This document shows, one piece after another, positions 18,410-26,777 of a stretch of 42,281 nucleotides of DNA. The notes beneath the pieces are model-generated. The model was not told the origin of the DNA, did not search any database, and saw only the letters and a list, made by a program, of their open reading frames with translations. Each line of letters begins with the position of its first letter. The stretch's first letter is position 1. This DNA is from Candidatus Limnocylindria bacterium (GTDB lineage: Bacteria > Chloroflexota > Limnocylindria > P2-11E): assembly GCA_036389995.1 (NCBI GenBank), contig DASWCR010000031.1, positions 1-42,281 on the forward strand, in the 5' to 3' direction. The position numbers were made by a program, and so were the translations under genes.

Positions 18410-19315
18410 GTGACGATGGAACGCATCGGTTTCGTCGGGCTCGGGATCATGGGCTCGCCCATGGCGCGAAACGCCATCAAAGCAGGCTTCCCGGTCACGG
18501 TCACGAATCGCACGCTCGATCGCGCGAAGCCCCTCGCGGAGGCCGGCGCGACCGTGGTGCGGACTCCAAAAGAGGTGGCCGCGCGTTCGGACCTCGTCGT
18601 CACCATGGTGACGAGCTCGCCCGACGTCGAGGCGGTGACCTTCGGCCCGGATGGCATCGCGGCCGGCGCTCACGACGGCCTCCTCGCGATCGACATGAGC
18701 ACCATCAGCCCAGCGACGTCGCGCGAGATCGCGAACCGCGCGGCTGCGAGCCGCCCGCCATTCCATACGCTCGACGCGCCGGTTTCAGGTGGCGAGGTCG
18801 GCGCGATCGAAGCGCGGCTCGCGATCATGGTCGGCGGGGACGAACTGGACACCAAGCGCGCGATGCCGCTCTTCGAGGCGCTCGGGAAGACGATCGTGCA
18901 CATCGGCGATCACGGCGCGGGACAGGCCTGCAAGCTCGCGAATCAGATCGCCGTCGCGATCAACAACCTCGGAGTCTCGGAGGCCCTCGTCTTCGCAAAA
19001 GCGCAAGGCATCGACCTCGAGCGCACGCGGCAGGTGATCGCGGGTGGCGCGGGCTCCTCGTGGGCCATGCAGAACTACGCCCCAAAGATGCTCGCCGGCG
19101 ATTTCCGGGCCGGCTTCATGGTCGACCTGCAGCAGAAGGATCTGCGCCTCGTGCTCGACAACGCGTACGGCGACCACGTCTCACTGCCCGGGACCGCCCT
19201 CGTGCACGCGCTCTACACGGCGCTGCAGAAAGACGGCGGCGGGCGCGACGGCAACCACGCTCTCCTCAAAGTCATCGAACGGCTTTCTGGTGTCGAAGCG
19301 CGACAAGGACGTTGA
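18410..19315 (+). CDS. NAD(P)-dependent oxidoreductase of the 3-hydroxyisobutyrate / tartronate semialdehyde reductase family
   Basis: N-terminal Rossmann motif GFVGLGIMGSPMARN, and a central DAPVSGG and catalytic-Lys region (GAGQACKLANQ) typical of the beta-hydroxyacid dehydrogenase family. Confidence 0.88.
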   Translation: MTMERIGFVGLGIMGSPMARNAIKAGFPVTVTNRTLDRAKPLAEAGATVVRTPKEVAARSDLVVTMVTSSPDVEAVTFGPDGIAAGAHDGLLAIDMSTISPATSREIANRAAASRPPFHTLDAPVSGGEVGAIEARLAIMVGGDELDTKRAMPLFEALGKTIVHIGDHGAGQACKLANQIAVAINNLGVSEALVFAKAQGIDLERTRQVIAGGAGSSWAMQNYAPKMLAGDFRAGFMVDLQQKDLRLVLDNAYGDHVSLPGTALVHALYTALQKDGGGRDGNHALLKVIERLSGVEARQGR

Positions 19316-19405
19316 CCGTCCGTTGACCTAGCGGCCGGCAAACCAAGCTTTTCGGGTACGCCTGTCCTATTGAGGGTGACCGCCGGCGCGCCCGACTCTG
19401 TTTGC

Positions 19406-20326
19406 ATGGCTGCACGCGTCCTGGTGGTGGAGGACGACGAGGCGACGCGTGGCGCGTTGCACGCGCTTCTCGACGATGCGGGCTACGTCTGCGACGAAGT
19501 CTCAGACGGCGAGCGCGCGGTAGCGGCGATGCGCGACGCACGGTTCGACCTGGTCGTGCTCGATCTCGGCCTTCCGGGGATGTCCGGCGCGGACGTCCAC
19601 CGCCAGCTGCGACGAGACCCGCGCACCCGCTTCCTGCCGATCGTCTTCCTCACCGCGCACACAGACCGGCAGGTCAAGCTTGCCGAGCTCGAGGCCGGTG
19701 CCGAAGACTTCATCACCAAGCCCTACGACGCCGACGAGCTTCTGGCGCGTGTGGGCGCCGCCGTACGGCGCTGGACCGGAATGCGGGCGGTCAATCCGCT
19801 CTCGGGCCTCCCCGGCAACCCGACCATCACCGAGGAGATCGAATCCCGCCTCGCGCGGGGTGAGGACTTCGCGCTCCTCTACGTGGACATCGACCGCTTC
19901 AAGGAGTTCAACGATCACTACGGATTCACGCGCGGCGACCGCGTGATCACGATGCTGGCGGAGATCCTCATACATGTCGCGGGCGCCGATCAGCGGTTCG
20001 TCGGGCACATCGGCGGGGACGATTTCGTCGTGCTCGCGCGGACCGACGAGGCCGAAGCGCTCGCCGAGGGCATCACGCGACGATTTGATGACGGGATTCG
20101 CGCGCTGTACGACGGGGTGGACCGCGCGCGCGGATGGATCGAGGCGCACGACCGCCGCGGCAAGCTGCGCCACTTCCCCTTCGCGACCGTCTCGATCGGG
20201 ATCGTCAACGTCCCGCCTGGCCGCTTCGACGGCGCCACCGCCGCGGCGCGCGCCGCCGCGGAGGTGAAGGAAGTCGCGAAGCGCCAGCCCGGGTCGGCGT
20301 GGGCGGTCGATCGCCGAAAGAGCTAA
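19406..20326 (+). CDS. Response regulator with non-canonical GGDEF-type domain (GGDDF)
   Basis: Canonical REC domain (VEDDE, VLDLGLPGMSG, FLTAH, ITKPY). The palm domain has NPLSGLPGNPTI in place of DxLTGLxNRR, retains DIDRFKEFND, and has HIGGDDF (20012-20026) in place of RxGGDEF, with no RxxD I-site. The start is moved to ATG 19406. Confidence 0.85.
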   Translation: MAARVLVVEDDEATRGALHALLDDAGYVCDEVSDGERAVAAMRDARFDLVVLDLGLPGMSGADVHRQLRRDPRTRFLPIVFLTAHTDRQVKLAELEAGAEDFITKPYDADELLARVGAAVRRWTGMRAVNPLSGLPGNPTITEEIESRLARGEDFALLYVDIDRFKEFNDHYGFTRGDRVITMLAEILIHVAGADQRFVGHIGGDDFVVLARTDEAEALAEGITRRFDDGIRALYDGVDRARGWIEAHDRRGKLRHFPFATVSIGIVNVPPGRFDGATAAARAAAEVKEVAKRQPGSAWAVDRRKS

Positions 20327-20348
20327 CCGCGCCGCTACGCTAGACGGC

Positions 20349-20435
20349 GGGCGAGTGGCGAAATAGGCAGACGCGTGAGCTTTAGGAGCTCATGCTCGAA
20401 AGAGTGTGAGGGTTCGAGTCCCTCCTCGCCCACCA
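20349..20435 (+). tRNA. tRNA-Leu (anticodon UAG), class II with long variable arm, CCA encoded
   Basis: Acceptor GGGCGAG/CTCGCCC, 3-bp D stem, anticodon stem TGAGC/GCTCA with loop TT-TAG-GA, long variable arm, T arm GAGGG-TTCGAGT-CCCTC, discriminator A and CCA. Confidence 0.9.
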
Positions 20436-20500
20436 AAAAAACACGCTTTACGCGGCCGCTCATCCGACGAGTCCGATCGAGCTGGTCCTAGAAGTCACGA

Positions 20501-20535
20501 CGCCGCCGGCGGGATGGAGTCCCTGGCCGGCGGCG
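20501..20535. terminator. GC-rich perfect hairpin between convergent tRNA-Leu and ytfJ-like gene (possible bidirectional terminator)
   Basis: CGCCGCCGGC (20501-20510) pairs with GCCGGCGGCG (20526-20535), with a 15-nt loop. There is no clear U-tract. Confidence 0.3.
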
Positions 20536-20751
20536 CGTGCGCATTGGGGGAGGTGGGGTGGACTTTTGGAAGCGTCGTTTCGTACAACGTCACTAAATGC
20601 GACATGCGGCGGTCTATGTGTCGCAGCGACGTTTCAGTTGACGCGTGCTGAGCAATAGACCGCGTTGGTATACCTCGGGGCGCACACATCTTTGGGCGCG
20701 GTCTGACCGCGAGGACCGAGCAAGTAGGCCCGGTGCGGATTTTTCTCGGTT

Positions 20752-21084
20752 CTAGCGCCTCGCCCTTGCCAGCGTCTTCACGACCGACCGTGTAACGAGC
20801 AGCGCGACGATGGCGATGATCTGGCCGACGAGGATGGTGCGATTCAGGTCGAACGCCGGCCTCCAGGTGGCCTCGCCGTCCTTGATCACCCAGGCTCCGG
20901 CGGGGCGGGCGCGCACTCCAAAACCGGCGCCGCCGTTCCCGGCGGTGTCCCCGCCGCCGCCCCCGCCTCCGGTGACGTTGGCCGCGGGAATGATCGTCAG
21001 CCCGTCCTCCTGGTACGGCTCGCCGTAGACGCGGCGAACGTTGATGACGTCCTTGGCCTGGCTCACAGCTTCGAGCGCGTTCAT
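20752..21084 (-). CDS. YtfJ/GerW-family protein with C-terminal TM helix
   Basis: DVINVRRVYGEPYQEDGLTIIPAANVTGGGGGGG...GAGFGVRARPAGAWVIKDGEATWRPAFD matches the characteristic Spore_YtfJ pattern. GGGGAGG SD upstream. Confidence 0.7.
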   Translation of the reverse strand: MNALEAVSQAKDVINVRRVYGEPYQEDGLTIIPAANVTGGGGGGGDTAGNGGAGFGVRARPAGAWVIKDGEATWRPAFDLNRTILVGQIIAIVALLVTRSVVKTLARARR

Positions 21085-21144
21085 CGAGGGACCTCCCCTT
21101 GCATTCGATGTGTTCGACGACGATACGCTCAGAGCGCCGCTGTG

Positions 21145-21975
21145 CTAGATCGCGAGCTCCATCCCTTCACGCGCGACGACGACCTCGATGCCCGAGGCCT
21201 TCTGGTTCATTTGTTTCTGCGCCTCGACGCCGATGCGATCAAGCGCGTCGTCGCTCCGGTCAGGGTCGTGGTGGTACAGCACGAGCCGCTTCACCTTTGA
21301 TTTCACGGCGACGTCGATCGCGCTCGTGATCGTGGAGTGCCCCCACGTTGGCTTGAAGTCGCTCTCGACGAACTGTGCGTCGTGGATGAGGGTGTTCGCG
21401 CCGGTCGCGAGCGCGACGACGGGATTGGCTTTTCCGGAGAACGGATCCTCGGTGTCGGTGGCGTAGACGAGCGCGCGCTCGTCGGCCTCGATGCGGAATG
21501 CGAGCGCCGGCGCGGGATGGAAGATGCTCGCCGCGCGAACACGGAATCGTCCGATCTGCTCGTCGCTTCCATCCTGCAGCTCGCCGACGGAGAGCTGCGC
21601 CGGCAGATCGTCGATGTCGACGGGAAAGAACGGGTCGTCCATTCCCAGGCCAAGGAGCTCGCGCATCGTGCGGGACTGCTTCGGGCCGCGGATGCGGAGC
21701 GAGGACTTCGAGTCGTACGCGGGGCGAAAGAACGGGATGCCCTGGATGTGGTCCCAATGGAGGTGCGAGAGCAGGAGGTCGACCGAGAACGGCCGCGCGC
21801 CGCCGCCGTTCATGAGCGCGGTCCCGAGCTCGCGCAGGCCTGTGCCCGCGTCGAGGATGAGGAGCGATCCGGTGCTGTCGCGGACCTCGACGCACGCGGT
21901 ATTGCCGCCGTAGCGAACGGTCAGCGGTCCCGGGGTCGGGATGGACCCGCGCGTCCCCCAGAAGCGGACCTTCAC
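21145..21975 (-). CDS. MBL-fold metallo-hydrolase (Lactamase_B_2 / PhnP-like)
   Basis: VKVRFWGTRGSIPTPG N-terminus, HxHxDH motif SHLHWDH, and later His/Asp motifs (YATDTE, LIHDAQ, LYHHDP). The start is set at GTG 21975, overlapping the upstream stop (GTGA). The longer track ORF to 22080 overlaps the HD-GYP gene. Confidence 0.85.
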   Translation of the reverse strand: MKVRFWGTRGSIPTPGPLTVRYGGNTACVEVRDSTGSLLILDAGTGLRELGTALMNGGGARPFSVDLLLSHLHWDHIQGIPFFRPAYDSKSSLRIRGPKQSRTMRELLGLGMDDPFFPVDIDDLPAQLSVGELQDGSDEQIGRFRVRAASIFHPAPALAFRIEADERALVYATDTEDPFSGKANPVVALATGANTLIHDAQFVESDFKPTWGHSTITSAIDVAVKSKVKRLVLYHHDPDRSDDALDRIGVEAQKQMNQKASGIEVVVAREGMELAI

Positions 21976-23222
21976 GAGCTCGTTCCCTGGTCGCGCTCCG
22001 AGAGTCCCGTTTCCGGCGATTTGGACATCCCCTCGTCGCCGGGCTTCGGCCAGGTGTGCTTCATCGAGTCGAGCGTCCATTCCAGATCGTGCACATTCCG
22101 GCGTACGGCCGCGACGACCGTCGGGTCGAGATGGTCTCCGGCCATGCCGTCCATGATCTCGAGCGTCTTCTCGAGTGTGTACGCCGGCTTGTAGTAGCGC
22201 GGCGCGGTGAGCGCGTCGAACACGTCTGCCGCGGCGACGATCCGCGCCCCAAGCAGGATGCGCGCCGCCGGCAGGCCGCGCGGGTAGCCCTTTCCGTCCA
22301 TCCGCTCGTGGTGCTGCGCTGCGATCACGGGAACGTCGCGCATGTCCTGCGGGAACACGAGGTGCGCGAGAAACTCTCCGGTCTTCTCGGCGTGGACCTT
22401 CATGTACTCGAACTCGACGTCGTCGAGCTTGCCCGGCTTGAGCAGGAACTGGTCGCGCACGGCGATCTTGCCGTAGTCGTGCAGGAGCGCCGCGGCGCGC
22501 AGCTTCTCGAGCTCGATCCCCTCGAGGCCGAGGGCCCGCCCGATCACTTCCGCGTATCGGGTCACACGCTGGCTATGTCCGGCGGTCTGCTGGTCGCGCG
22601 CATCGATCGTCACCGCGAGGGTCTCGATGAGCGTCGTCCACAGGCGCCGTTGCTCGGCGATGAGCTGCGCGTTTTCGACCGCGACCGCCGCCGAGGCGCC
22701 GAGCGAGCTCAACGTTTCCTCATCGTCCGCGGTGAATTCGCCGCCGCCGTTCTTGTTTACGACCTGGAACACGCCGATGACCCGCTCGTTCTGTCCGGTC
22801 ATCGGAAAGGTCAGCAGGCTCTTCGTGCGGTAGCCGGTCCGCTGGTCGGGCTCCGGGTTGAAGCGTGGGTCGTCGTAGGCGTCGGGGATGTTGACGGCTT
22901 CGCCCGTGGCGGCGACCAAGCCCGCGATGCCTACACCGATCGCCTGCCGGATCTCGCCCGCGCCAGTCCCCAGGGCGACCCTCGACCAGATCTCACCGCG
23001 CTCGCGATCCACTATGAAGATCGTGGCGCGGTCGGCGTCCAGAAGCTGTGTCGTCACGGTCGCCATGTCCCGCAGCAGCGCGTCCAGATCGGTGATCGAC
23101 ATGAGCCGGCGCGTGACGTCGAGGATCAGATCGAGCTTCGATCCCGTTGTGACTTTGCGGTCGGTCTTGCGGCGCGGCTGGCGGCGGCGGCGGTCGCCCT
23201 GGTTTCGGCGCTCGTCCGTCAT
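21972..23222 (-). CDS. GAF domain - HD-GYP phosphodiesterase
   Basis: The GAF domain carries an NKFDE-type signature (N156 K157 ... F163 TAD D167 E168; nt 22719-22757). HD-GYP motifs LLHDYGK and HHERMDGKGYPRG are intact. Confidence 0.9.
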   Translation of the reverse strand: MTDERRNQGDRRRRQPRRKTDRKVTTGSKLDLILDVTRRLMSITDLDALLRDMATVTTQLLDADRATIFIVDRERGEIWSRVALGTGAGEIRQAIGVGIAGLVAATGEAVNIPDAYDDPRFNPEPDQRTGYRTKSLLTFPMTGQNERVIGVFQVVNKNGGGEFTADDEETLSSLGASAAVAVENAQLIAEQRRLWTTLIETLAVTIDARDQQTAGHSQRVTRYAEVIGRALGLEGIELEKLRAAALLHDYGKIAVRDQFLLKPGKLDDVEFEYMKVHAEKTGEFLAHLVFPQDMRDVPVIAAQHHERMDGKGYPRGLPAARILLGARIVAAADVFDALTAPRYYKPAYTLEKTLEIMDGMAGDHLDPTVVAAVRRNVHDLEWTLDSMKHTWPKPGDEGMSKSPETGLSERDQGTSS

Positions 23223-23716
23223 CAGTTGTCTATGGGGATGTGTTCGAGCACCGGCCCGACGGTCTCGGCGATCTGCTCGAGCAGCATCTGGTCCCGCCGT
23301 TCGAACGCGCCATTGCGCTTGTTCAGCGCCTGGATGACACCGACGACGCTCTGCCCGTCGCTGCCCCAGACCGGGACCACGAGCATGTTGAGCGTTCGGA
23401 ATCCGGTGCGGAGGTCGACGTTGCGGTCGAAGCGCGCGTCGGCGTAGGCGTCCGGGACGTTGATCGTCTCGCCCGTGAGCGCGGACTGTCCGGCGAGGCC
23501 CTGCCCGAGCGGCAACCGGATCTCGGTGGCGGTGCGCTGCGCGACGCGAGCCCAGAGCTCGTTCTTCTTCCCGTTCACGATGTAGACGGTGCAGCGCTCG
23601 GCGTCCACCGCTTGCGAGCAGAGGTCCACGAGCCCGCGCAGGTATGCCTCGCGGTCTTTCTGGACCGCAAGATGTCCGAGCTTGACGAGGACGAGCGCGA
23701 CCTTGTCGTCCAGCAC
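23222..23716 (-). CDS. Stand-alone GAF domain protein
   Basis: 164 aa forming a single GAF fold pattern with an NK..F...DQ signature (ALNKRNGAFERRDQ). The stop shares one base with the next start (TGATG). Confidence 0.8.
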   Translation of the reverse strand: MLDDKVALVLVKLGHLAVQKDREAYLRGLVDLCSQAVDAERCTVYIVNGKKNELWARVAQRTATEIRLPLGQGLAGQSALTGETINVPDAYADARFDRNVDLRTGFRTLNMLVVPVWGSDGQSVVGVIQALNKRNGAFERRDQMLLEQIAETVGPVLEHIPIDN

Positions 23717-23719
23717 GAC

Positions 23720-25678
23720 CTAGTGATACCCCGCGACTGCCGCGCGACTCATGGGGACGTCCGGCGCAGGCGCCGGCTTCGGGGTCACCAACTGGCCGAG
23801 CCGATTGATCTGCCAGCAGGGGACCGGCTCGGCGCGGCCCTTGACGCGCACCGCACCGAGGTCGACGGCCTCGACGTCGTCGCCGATCTCGCCTAGGGTC
23901 TCGCCCGAGACGACAACCTGGTCACGTCGCGCGATGTCGGACGCGGTAAGACGCGACGCGACGTTCGCGTTGTCGCCGATGACCGTGTACTCCATTCGTC
24001 CCTTCGCGCCAAGGAACCCTGCGACGACGGGACCAGTGTTGATGCCGAACCCGAACGACACATCGGGACCGCCCTTCTCGCGCTCGGAGACGATCCAGCG
24101 CTGCATCTCGAGCGCGCACTCGACGGCCTTGCGCGCCTGATCCTTCTCCTCGAGCGGCGCGCCCCAGAGCACCATGATGTTGTCGCCGTTGAACTTGTTC
24201 ACGGTGCCTTCGTAGCGATTCACGATGTCCACCATACCGTCGAAGTATCGGTTGAGGTGGCCGAGGAGAATCCCAGGAGCCAGTCCCTCCGAAATCGTGG
24301 TGAACCCGCGGATGTCCCCGAAGAGCACCGTGACGCGCTTCTCCTCGCCTCCGAGCGCGAGCTTTCCGGCCTCCTCTCGATCGATGATCGTGCGGGCGAC
24401 CGACGGTGTGACGAAACGACCGAAGGTGATTCGCGTCCGCGCGACTGTGATCTGTTCCTCCACCAAGAGATAGCCGAGCAGGATGATCCACCAGAAGACG
24501 GCCGGTATCACGTACGCGATCGAGGGGACCTCCACGGGGCCCGCGCCGATGGTCCCCTGCGTCTGGAGCGCGAAGAAGACGTATCCGCCGACAACATAAA
24601 GGACGAGCAGCGCGAGCGCGCCGAGGAAGCCGTACAGCCGCCAACGGAAGACCAGGAGAAGTCCGGCGAGCGTAACGACGAGGAGTTGTGCGAGGGTCAC
24701 GGGGTCGCTTTGCTTCAGCACCGGATACCGGTTGGTCAGGATCGACTGGGCGGCATTGGCCCAGATCTCCACGCCGAACATCTTCTTCCCGCTCGAGTTC
24801 GGGACCGGGTAGCTGTCGGGCACGCCCGAAAGCGAGTGCGCACCAATGAAGACCGCACGCCCGGTGATCTGCTCGCGGGAGACTGCTCCATTGATCACGT
24901 CCTTCATGGAGACGACGCAGAAAAGATCCTTGTTGGTGCACTCCGGCGGCTCTGGGGCTGGAGGCGCCGCGTAGTAGATCGACATGCCACCACGCCGATC
25001 GATGGGGATCACACGGTCGCCAAGCGGAGCGTGGACGGTGAAGATGTCGTCCGTCCGCTGCGCGCTCGAAAGATCCGCCCGGACCTTATTTGTGGCGACG
25101 ACGAGCGGTAGTGAGTAGTAGGTCGCTCCGTCCGGACCTTCGATGCGGAGCTGGGCGTAGCGCACGCGGCCGTCGGGATCGGGATGGATGTTCACCGACC
25201 CCACGCCAGCGGCGGCGGCGCGCAGCACCGGGATCGGCAGCTGCACGACCGGGTAGCGCTCGGTGTGATCACCAAGGGTCGATGTGCCGGAACCCTGCAT
25301 CGCAAGTAGGACATTGCCGGCGTCTTTGATGGCCGCCGCAAGCGCGCGGTCCTCTTCGGGGTTCTGCGCGGCGTCGTAGAAGCCGATGTCGAAGGCGATC
25401 ACGCTCGGGTTCAGCGGCTTGAGCGCCCGGAGCAAGTCGGTGTAGACGGGGCGCGGAAGTGGGTAGCGGTACTGATCGACGGTCGCGTCGTCGAGCGCGA
25501 CGATCGTCACCTGATTGGCGAGCGGGGCGTTCCCGATGTCGATCGCCTTGTCGTAGACGATCGACTGAAGGGTCGTGTCGAAGAGATCCGTCCGCAGGAG
25601 GAGCGCGCCGACCGCAAGCGCGACCAGGGCCAGGCCAGCGACGACGAGCCGTTGGCGCGTGTGGCGCTTCGTGAACAC
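23720..25678 (-). CDS. CHASE2 sensor domain - class III adenylate/guanylate cyclase
   Basis: N-terminal TM helix, a large extracytoplasmic CHASE2-like region, three TM helices, then the cyclase core VTVLFGDIRGFTT ... NKFNGDNIMVLWGAP ... EYTVIGDNANVASRL. GTG start preceded by AAGGAGG. Confidence 0.9.
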   Translation of the reverse strand: MFTKRHTRQRLVVAGLALVALAVGALLLRTDLFDTTLQSIVYDKAIDIGNAPLANQVTIVALDDATVDQYRYPLPRPVYTDLLRALKPLNPSVIAFDIGFYDAAQNPEEDRALAAAIKDAGNVLLAMQGSGTSTLGDHTERYPVVQLPIPVLRAAAAGVGSVNIHPDPDGRVRYAQLRIEGPDGATYYSLPLVVATNKVRADLSSAQRTDDIFTVHAPLGDRVIPIDRRGGMSIYYAAPPAPEPPECTNKDLFCVVSMKDVINGAVSREQITGRAVFIGAHSLSGVPDSYPVPNSSGKKMFGVEIWANAAQSILTNRYPVLKQSDPVTLAQLLVVTLAGLLLVFRWRLYGFLGALALLVLYVVGGYVFFALQTQGTIGAGPVEVPSIAYVIPAVFWWIILLGYLLVEEQITVARTRITFGRFVTPSVARTIIDREEAGKLALGGEEKRVTVLFGDIRGFTTISEGLAPGILLGHLNRYFDGMVDIVNRYEGTVNKFNGDNIMVLWGAPLEEKDQARKAVECALEMQRWIVSEREKGGPDVSFGFGINTGPVVAGFLGAKGRMEYTVIGDNANVASRLTASDIARRDQVVVSGETLGEIGDDVEAVDLGAVRVKGRAEPVPCWQINRLGQLVTPKPAPAPDVPMSRAAVAGYH

Positions 25679-25706
25679 CCAGCGCGCCTCCTTATGCAGG
25701 TCGGCG

Positions 25707-26777
25707 TCAGATTATGCGGTCGCTCGCTCGGCTGAGTACCCCTTTGAGGACAGTTATCGACCGTGCGAAGTCGGCGATCGACAGCCTTTCGATAGGTGTG
25801 TGGTCGTAACGGCTGTCCCCGGGACCGTAAGCGACCATCGGGCAACGCCAGGCGGGGAACAGGATGTTCATGTCGCTCGTCCCGCTCTTTTCCTTGAAGG
25901 TCGTCTGGCTGCCCGCCGCTGCGATCGCGCGCGCGAACGCGCGAGCCAGGGGAGTCGTTCTCGCGGTCCGCACCGGCTCTTCCCTGCCCTGCGTGGTGAC
26001 GACGACGCGAGTGTCGCCATCTCGTTCCGCGAGCCTCGCCGCGGCGGCCTCGAGCTCACCGGGGTCGATACCCGGCGGCACGCGATAACCGATCCGGAGC
26101 CGCGCCCGTTCGACAAGACCGTCGCCGACCCCCGCTTCGATGCCCTCGAGGCGGCAATCGAGCCGCTCGAATGAGCGCGCCGTGTTCGCGCGCGCGCTCG
26201 CTGAGTCGCGGACGCGCTCCCACACAGCGAGCGCCTCCTCGGCGATCGTCGGTCCGGGAGCTGCGCCGTGACGCGCTTCTCGCGAAAGAGCGAAATCGAG
26301 CGTGAGCCGTCCCTTGTACGCGACCGTCACCGCATCCCATCCCGACGGCTCGCCGATCACGCACCAGTCCGGCGCCGCCTGCGTCGCGCGATAGCGGGCG
26401 CCTTTGCTCGTGGGGGACTCCTCCTCGACCGCGCCGACCACCGTGACGCGGACGCCCCCTGGAGGGTCGGTCGCCGCAGCGACGAACGCGGCGAGCGGAC
26501 CTTTCGCGTCGACCGCGCCGCGACCGACGAGCTCATCACCCTCGATGCGCACAGGGATCTCACCAGGGACGGTGTCGATATGGCCGAGGAGAACGACGTG
26601 GACCGGACCGTCGCCGATCTCGCCGACGGCGTTGCCGGCATCGTCGACGCTTGCGCGAAAACCGCGCTCGGCCATCCGCGCGACGAGCCACTCGACCGCG
26701 TCACCTTCACGGCGGGAGAGGCTTGGGATCTCGACGAGGCCGCGGAGGAGCGCGAGGTCCGGTTCGCTCGGCCTCAC
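25707..26777 (-). CDS. lysK: [LysW]-lysine/ornithine hydrolase (M20 peptidase, ArgE/LysK family)
   Basis: M20 motifs LLGHIDTVP and GRGAVDAKG. Last gene of the LysW cluster; the GTG start overlaps the lysJ stop. Confidence 0.8.
   Translation of the reverse strand: MRPSEPDLALLRGLVEIPSLSRREGDAVEWLVARMAERGFRASVDDAGNAVGEIGDGPVHVVLLGHIDTVPGEIPVRIEGDELVGRGAVDAKGPLAAFVAAATDPPGGVRVTVVGAVEEESPTSKGARYRATQAAPDWCVIGEPSGWDAVTVAYKGRLTLDFALSREARHGAAPGPTIAEEALAVWERVRDSASARANTARSFERLDCRLEGIEAGVGDGLVERARLRIGYRVPPGIDPGELEAAAARLAERDGDTRVVVTTQGREEPVRTARTTPLARAFARAIAAAGSQTTFKEKSGTSDMNILFPAWRCPMVAYGPGDSRYDHTPIERLSIADFARSITVLKGVLSRASDRII

Noticed and set aside
19790-19850. Calling the REC-GGDDF protein a Hypr-type (cGAMP-producing) GGDEF on the basis of a Ser at the PleD Asp344 position
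   Set aside because: The assignment depends on a one-residue alignment choice (Ser versus Glu) in a region with an insertion relative to PleD. It is kept only as something to test, not as a call.
22056-23447. 463-aa plus-strand ORF (also 23240..23896 and 24257..25111), antisense to the HD-GYP, GAF and cyclase genes
   Set aside because: No motifs and biased composition. These ORFs cross gene boundaries of the well-supported minus-strand operon.
20349-25678. Genomic island or prophage integrated at tRNA-Leu
   Set aside because: There is no integrase, recombinase or phage gene. No direct repeat of the tRNA 3' end longer than 8 nt was found, and the downstream genes have the same GC-rich codon style as the rest of the window.
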